A stretch of 64,000 nucleotides of DNA, taken from NCBI GenBank assembly GCA_038257535.1, contig JBBSJE010000005.1, forward strand, positions 1,383-65,382, read 5' to 3'. Source of the stretch: Polyangia bacterium (GTDB taxonomy: Bacteria; Myxococcota_A; Polyangia; Fen-1088). The position numbers and the translations under genes are program-made. Position 1 is the first letter of the stretch; each line of letters begins with the position of its first letter. The notes under the pieces are model-generated. The model saw only the letters and a program-made list of their open reading frames with translations, ran no database searches and was not told the DNA's origin. Shown piece after piece: positions 58,719 through 64,000 of this stretch.

Positions 58719-61040
58719 TTAAGTTATCAGGGCTGGGGGGGCGGTCGGCTCCGCCGCAGCAATCACATGTGTTTCCACACCTCGCAGCTCCATCACCAGC
58801 GTGCCGGTGGCGTCAAGGAACGCCACATCCGCCACGCAGCGGGCGCCGCGGCCTTCGCGCGCGTGCAACACCGCACGCAAGCGGCCTTGCGCAGGGCCAG
58901 GAGCGTACACGCACAACGCTTCTAGGCCTGTGGGCAACGAGACACCGCCCAAGCTCTCATGCGTCCACAACAGCGCCAGCTGCAAGGCCGCATCAACCAG
59001 CGCCGCATCGATGTGCCAGCTGGCATGCTCAAGCGGAAACGCCGCTGGCCATTGTTTGTCGTGCACCCCCACAACGGTGGCAACAAGGCCGTTGGCGCCT
59101 TTGCCATCAAGCGATTGCAGCATATGAAAACTGGGTCCGTGAAACAGCGGCGCTTGGCCGTAGATCTCCCGCTGGTGCGGGGCCAGATCCGTGGGTAGCG
59201 CCGCCATGTGATCGGGCGTGTGGGCGTGGTCGCGGAGGTCGCAGGTGGCGGCATACAGCTTTGCGCCATCGCTGGCCAAGAGCTCAAGCGACACGCTGGT
59301 TTGCCCACCGTTTGAAAGCTGCCGTACGACAACGCTGACCCGCTCGGCGTGGCCTTGGTCGAACCTTGGCAAGCGCAGCCCCCGAAGCACCTTTACGTTT
59401 CGCAGCGCCCAAACCTGCAAGTTAGGTTTGAACGCCATCGCCGTTCGCGCAAACCATTCCAGCACCAAGGCCATGGGCACGACAGGCACGCCTTTGATGC
59501 GATGGCCATCAAGGTAGCCGTGCGTTTGCGGCCCCACCAGCAATTCGCAGGCAAATGTGCGACCACTTTCCGGCCCCGCCAAGCCGTGACCTGAAACGTC
59601 GTTGCCTAAGATCACTTCAGGGTTTCGGGTGACGCTTGTGCATTCGTCACAGAAGGCTTGAGCCCCGGCACCTACGTTGATAAGTCCCACGCCCATCGCT
59701 GCAAAACGAGCGCGCAAGCCATCGTCCACCATGCCGCCATCCCAAGGTCCCCAACCCAACGCGCGCACGATGGCATTGCCGCCGCGCCGGTTTTGTTCAA
59801 ACGCGGCCACTTTGTTCAGCACCTCATTGGCCATGGCGTAATCGCATTGGCCCAAGTTGCCGGATCGCGCGGCCACCGACGAAAACAACAACAGCAGTCG
59901 CAGCGGATCAGCTTGCGTGGCCGCCAGCAGGGCGCGCAACCCGGCCACCTTTGTGGCCATCACGCGCGCAAATTGCGCATCGGTTTTGGCGGCGATCAAC
60001 TTGTCGGCCAGCACACCCGCGCCATGCACCACAGCTGTGACGGGACCCCAATGCAAACGCCGTTCGGCCACGGCGTCCCGCACGGCTTCATTGTTGGTGG
60101 CATCCACGACGGCGTAGTGAACTTCACTGCCGGTTGCGTGTAGCTGGTTAATGTTGGCGTTAATTTCACGCACCGCCAAGATTTGGTTCGCTTGCCGGCC
60201 AATGCTGGCCAGATCAATGTTTTGGCCCGCTTGTTTGGCGGCGAGCGCAAGCGCGCGCTTGAGGTCCGTTTCAGTCTTTGCTTGCGCACACGCGTCCGGC
60301 TCGTGCTGCAACGGTGTACGGCCCAAAAGCAGAATGCGTGCAGGCGCAGTGTGCGCCAGTTGTAGCAAGCAGGCGGCGGTGACTCCACGTGCGCCACCGG
60401 TGGCAACCACGAAGGCCACATCATCTCTATTGAGAGGCCGCGTTGCCTCGGCGGCAAACGGCGCAGATTCCAGAGCAACACGCACGCGACCGGCCGTGGG
60501 CGAAAGGCCCACCTCGCGTTCAGGGGCGCCCCACAACAGTTCGTGCGCCAGCGCCTCGGCCATCTGTTCAGAAGAGCGTGCGCCCCAGGGCAGATCGATG
60601 GCGCGAACACATGCCTGTGGCCATTCAACCGCTGCTGTGCGCACCAACGCTGCGGGGCCCGCCGCCCACGCGCGGGGCGATCCCGAAAGCCCAAAATCGC
60701 CGCCCGTGTCTTGCACCGTGATGAAGGTGCCGCCTTCAGCCGCAAAACGTGTGGCCACCGCGCGCGCCACGGCAAACACGTTGAAGTTGATCTGTTCAGC
60801 TTGGGCGGCCGACGCCCCCACGTCGCTTGACAATGGGGACAAGCCTTCAAGACAGATCACAGCTTGGGCCATGTGAGCGTGCTGGTCGATCAGCCCCACC
60901 ACAACGTGGGCGCCTTGTTGCCGAAGCCTTTTTGCCAGCGCGTCGGCCACGCCGGCGTTGTCGTTGGTGATCACCACCAGGCCGCCACCCAAAAGTCCTG
61001 GCGTGGCCAATCCCCGAGCAGGCGAGGGCACCGCGCGCAC
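58719..61040 (-). CDS. pfa2: PUFA-synthase KR - PKS-type DH module (the C-terminal half of a Pfa2/PfaA-type protein, here a separate ORF)
   Basis: KR: 'VVATGGARGVTAA' and 'SSVAARSGNLGQCDYAMAN'. DH: 'HGYLDGHRIKGVPVVP'. GTG start with no obvious SD. Confidence 0.85.
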   Translation of the reverse strand: MRAVPSPARGLATPGLLGGGLVVITNDNAGVADALAKRLRQQGAHVVVGLIDQHAHMAQAVICLEGLSPLSSDVGASAAQAEQINFNVFAVARAVATRFAAEGGTFITVQDTGGDFGLSGSPRAWAAGPAALVRTAAVEWPQACVRAIDLPWGARSSEQMAEALAHELLWGAPEREVGLSPTAGRVRVALESAPFAAEATRPLNRDDVAFVVATGGARGVTAACLLQLAHTAPARILLLGRTPLQHEPDACAQAKTETDLKRALALAAKQAGQNIDLASIGRQANQILAVREINANINQLHATGSEVHYAVVDATNNEAVRDAVAERRLHWGPVTAVVHGAGVLADKLIAAKTDAQFARVMATKVAGLRALLAATQADPLRLLLLFSSVAARSGNLGQCDYAMANEVLNKVAAFEQNRRGGNAIVRALGWGPWDGGMVDDGLRARFAAMGVGLINVGAGAQAFCDECTSVTRNPEVILGNDVSGHGLAGPESGRTFACELLVGPQTHGYLDGHRIKGVPVVPMALVLEWFARTAMAFKPNLQVWALRNVKVLRGLRLPRFDQGHAERVSVVVRQLSNGGQTSVSLELLASDGAKLYAATCDLRDHAHTPDHMAALPTDLAPHQREIYGQAPLFHGPSFHMLQSLDGKGANGLVATVVGVHDKQWPAAFPLEHASWHIDAALVDAALQLALLWTHESLGGVSLPTGLEALCVYAPGPAQGRLRAVLHAREGRGARCVADVAFLDATGTLVMELRGVETHVIAAAEPTAPPALIT

Positions 61041-61069
61041 AGCCCAGCGGGCCAGCGGTGCGCCAGCGC

Positions 61070-64000
61070 TTACGGGGCCTTCTGTGCTAAAGGGCGGGGG
61101 GCGCCCTCCGTGGCACCGTTCGAGGTCGCTTGGTGCGCGCCGTTGCTGCCAGCGCCGGTGGCGCCAAGTCCACCTTCTTGCCCCAGATGGTTCACGATTT
61201 CACGCAAGGTGCGCATCGACGCCAGTTTGGCCGTGTTCACGTCGGGCAGGCCGGGTGCACGTTCCATGACGGCCGACAAGATCTCCACGCGTTTGATGGA
61301 GTCCACGCCGAGATCCGCTTCCAGGTCCATGTCCAAGCCCAGCATCTCTTCGGGGTAACCCGTGCGTGCGGCCACCACGTTCAACATCAACGCCTGCAAA
61401 CCATCCAGCGTCAACGACGCCGTTGCCGGTTGGGTATGCCCGTTGCCGTTCGATGCCGAAGTGGCCTGGGCGGGCGCGGCCTGCGGCGGTGGTGCCGCGG
61501 CAAATGAAGGTGCTGGCTGGGCGGGCGCAAGCGATGGCGCCGCTGAATAAACCGGCGGTTGCGGCACAGGTGCTGCGGCTGGTGCATACGTGGGTGCTGG
61601 CGGGGCCGCTGCGTACACCGGTGCGGGTGGCGCAGGCGGCATGAACGCGGGTGGTGCATATAGAGCTGTTGGCGCCGGCACATACTGAGCGATAGGCGGC
61701 GCAGCGAACGCGTGATACGCAGGTGCCGCATACGCCTGCCCCCCCAGCGCATGCGTAAGCCCCATCAAAGACGACTCAGCGGCGCGCAAAAACGCCGTGT
61801 GAGACTCTGCCATGGCCCTTTGAAACGCGGCGTGCGCTTCAGCGGTTTGGCGTTGGCTTTCCGAGATGGCCATCACCCATGCGTATTGCACTTGTGGATC
61901 CATTCCCGCGCTCACGGGCGCTTGAGTGGGCGCAGGGGCAACGGGCGCAGGCGCAACGGGCGCAGGGGCAACGGTGGGCTGTTCAGGATTGGGCTTAGGC
62001 AAAGCGGCGGCTCCTCCGGGTGGCGGATAAGGCTTTCCGTAGCCGGCGCCGTTGACCTTCAACGTGAGCGCGGGCTTGGTTTTCAAACGTGGATCGGCAG
62101 GCACCGCGAACGGCACCCACAAAGCTGCAAAATCAAGTGACACCCCTGCGGCAGCCAACGCCCCCAACCCTTGCCACAACATAGCCACACCGGATCGGCC
62201 CTTGCGATTGAGCGCAATTGCACGGTGAGGCTTGTCTTTCAAAATGTGGCCCACCAACGCCGTGAGAACATGCCCCGGCCCCACCTCAACGAAGGTGCGC
62301 ACGCCTTGCGCGTACATGGCTTCGATTTGTTCAACGAAGCGTACGGAACTTGCGAGCTGATCAGCCAGCAGGGTCCGCATCGCTTCGGGCTCGTTGGGGT
62401 AGGGCGCGGCGGTGGCGTTTGCGTAAACAGGACAAGCCGCAGGTGAAAAGGTGATCGACCCCAACGCTTGCGAGAACGGCACCCGTGCCGCGCTGACGAC
62501 GGGCGAATGAAAGGCGGTGGCCACGTCCAACCGTGTGGCGGAAACGCCTTGCGAGGAAAGCTGGGTTTCAAGTTCGGTGATGGCTTGCGTTTGCCCCGAC
62601 ACCACGACCTGTCGGGGGCTGTTGTGGTTGGCCACCACCACAGCGGCTTCGGGGCCCTGATGCCCAGCCGTCTGCAAGTGCGCTTGCACCTCGGCAAGCG
62701 GTGCCGCCACAGACAGCATCGCGCCCGGTGCTTGCGCGGCCTGAGCCATCACCTGGCCGCGTTGACGGGCGGCTGCAACGAAGTCGGCTTCGCTCAGCAC
62801 CCCCGCGGCAAACAGCGCCGTCACTTCGCCAAAACTGTGCCCTGCCACCGCAGTAGGCATTAGCCCCAACGTGCGCAGCACATTCAAGTACGCCCAACTG
62901 GTCACGCCAAGGGCAGGCTGCGCCCATTGCGTGGCCAACAGGCGTTCGCGTTGCGCTTGTGTTTGCGTTTCATCGAAGGCCGGCCGCGGAAACACCACGC
63001 GATCCAACCGCTCATCGCAGGTCGACGGTGTGTTCAGTTCGCGTTCAAGCGATGCGGCCGCGTCCCAAGCTTGTTGTGCGGGCGCAAACGCCATCACCAC
63101 GTCGGCCGCCATGTTCAGATATTGGCTGCCTTGACCGGGAAACAAAAACGCCACGTCGCCAGCTGCCTGCCCCATGGCAAATTCAAGGCCACCAGGAACG
63201 CTTACGCTGCGCTCTTGCCGTGCCACCGTTGCGGCTTGAGCGAGCTTGCTTTGCAGCTCGCTCAAGTTGGTCGCGAACACGGCCAAGCGCGCGCTGGGAT
63301 TCGGCTCGAAGTTCGTTTGTGAGTCGTGCGCCCAGAAGGCCAGCAACGCATGCTGCGCTTCGGGGTCAGGCGTATGGCTTGCAAACTCACGCGCTTGCGA
63401 AGCCAGTTCGTCGCATCGAGCGGCCACCGCTTGGCCTGAACCGCCTGCAAGCAACAGCAAGTGGCCGTCAGGTGGCAGATCGCGCGCGGCCAATTGTGCA
63501 GGCCCTTGATACTCTTCAAGCGCAACGTGAAAGTTTGAACCGCCAAAGCCAAATGAACTCACAGCCGCGCGGCGGGGATGATCATTGCCGCGCACCCAGG
63601 GGCGGGCAACGGTATTCAAATAGAAAGGGGTGCTGTCGATCTGCAGTTTGGGATCGGGCTTCTGCACCTTGATCGTGGGCGGCAGCACTTTGTGGTGCAG
63701 CGCCATCACCGCCTTGAACAAACCGGCAGCGCCTGCGGCCGCCTTGGTATGCCCCACCTGCGATTTGACCGAACCCAAGGCACACCAACCGGTGTCGGTG
63801 CTGCCCGATTCTTCAAACACCATGCGCAGCCCGCCAAATTCGGCAGCGTCGCCGGCTTTGGTGCCCGTGCCGTGGGCTTCCATCAATTCAATGGTGTGAG
63901 CGCCAAACCCCGCTTGTTCATAAGCTCGCCGCAAGGCCACCGCTTGGCCTGCCGACACGGGGGCGTATACGCTTTTGGATCGCCCATCCGACGAACTGCC
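61070..64000 (-). CDS. pfa2: PUFA-synthase KS (partial) - MAT - Pro/Ala-rich linker - single ACP (N-terminal part of Pfa2/PfaA; 5' end outside the window)
   Basis: The frame stays open to the window edge ('GSSSDGRSKSVYAPVSAGQA...'). KS: 'EAHGTGT' and 'KSQVGHT'. MAT: 'FPGQGSQY' and 'GHSFGE'. There is one ACP, 'LGVDSIKRVEI' (Ser codon at about 61298-61300). Confidence 0.9.
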   Translation of the reverse strand, partial: GSSSDGRSKSVYAPVSAGQAVALRRAYEQAGFGAHTIELMEAHGTGTKAGDAAEFGGLRMVFEESGSTDTGWCALGSVKSQVGHTKAAAGAAGLFKAVMALHHKVLPPTIKVQKPDPKLQIDSTPFYLNTVARPWVRGNDHPRRAAVSSFGFGGSNFHVALEEYQGPAQLAARDLPPDGHLLLLAGGSGQAVAARCDELASQAREFASHTPDPEAQHALLAFWAHDSQTNFEPNPSARLAVFATNLSELQSKLAQAATVARQERSVSVPGGLEFAMGQAAGDVAFLFPGQGSQYLNMAADVVMAFAPAQQAWDAAASLERELNTPSTCDERLDRVVFPRPAFDETQTQAQRERLLATQWAQPALGVTSWAYLNVLRTLGLMPTAVAGHSFGEVTALFAAGVLSEADFVAAARQRGQVMAQAAQAPGAMLSVAAPLAEVQAHLQTAGHQGPEAAVVVANHNSPRQVVVSGQTQAITELETQLSSQGVSATRLDVATAFHSPVVSAARVPFSQALGSITFSPAACPVYANATAAPYPNEPEAMRTLLADQLASSVRFVEQIEAMYAQGVRTFVEVGPGHVLTALVGHILKDKPHRAIALNRKGRSGVAMLWQGLGALAAAGVSLDFAALWVPFAVPADPRLKTKPALTLKVNGAGYGKPYPPPGGAAALPKPNPEQPTVAPAPVAPAPVAPAPTQAPVSAGMDPQVQYAWVMAISESQRQTAEAHAAFQRAMAESHTAFLRAAESSLMGLTHALGGQAYAAPAYHAFAAPPIAQYVPAPTALYAPPAFMPPAPPAPVYAAAPPAPTYAPAAAPVPQPPVYSAAPSLAPAQPAPSFAAAPPPQAAPAQATSASNGNGHTQPATASLTLDGLQALMLNVVAARTGYPEEMLGLDMDLEADLGVDSIKRVEILSAVMERAPGLPDVNTAKLASMRTLREIVNHLGQEGGLGATGAGSNGAHQATSNGATEGAPRPLAQKAP
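61928..61972 (-). repeat. Three tandem 15-bp units encoding (PVAPA)3 in the MAT-ACP linker
   Basis: The plus strand reads gggcgcaggggcaac / gggcgcaggcgcaac / gggcgcaggggcaac. Confidence 0.9.

Overview
High-GC bacterial chromosomal segment. Most genes look about 62-72% G+C by eye and by a few hand counts. Gene content looks Myxococcota-like: very dense two-component signalling, many lipoproteins, an AgmX/PglI-type C-terminal domain, and a Pfa3-type PUFA synthase subunit ending in an acyltransferase domain. I can support about 55 protein-coding genes. I recognised no rRNA, tRNA, CRISPR array, transposase or integrase. Genes are packed tightly, and ATGA/GTGA/TGATG stop-start overlaps recur throughout. 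Blocks: (i) 263-9291, minus strand: a phosphorelay operon of REC-kinase, REC, a 1937-aa soluble poly-HAMP/GAF hybrid kinase, CheR and a receiver-less CheB, with no MCP, CheA or CheW. (ii) 9367-11110: a zinc-type metal module of a COG0523 GTPase, an SmtB/CzrA-like repressor with its operator, and a duplicated His/Cys-rich protein. (iii) Envelope and housekeeping genes: DHS-like, GH140-like, ctaA, proS-pyrF-rlmB, acyP, acs. (iv) 25468-28914: a partner-switching module (RsbW-like, STAS, membrane PP2C) in an operon with a PAS-GGDEF cyclase. (v) 28929-36936: a surface-signalling operon with two kinases and no response regulator. (vi) 43496-64000: a lipid/hydrocarbon supercluster of DeoR, oleABCD, two ArsA/Get3-like ATPases, an XRE/nucleotidyltransferase islet, pfa3, and a split pfa2 that runs off the window edge. 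My best candidates for something new are: the physical ole+pfa linkage with a single-ACP PUFA-type synthase; the complementary-degenerate ArsA/Get3-like pair inside that cluster; the MCP-less CheR/CheB plus Nik1-like poly-HAMP kinase; and the SmtB-controlled His/Cys-rich repeat protein. Three frame breaks need raw-read verification before any biology is built on them. Two sit at homopolymers (a G9 run at 7894-7902 and a C6 run at 61096-61101). All family assignments come from motif recognition by eye. No database search was run.
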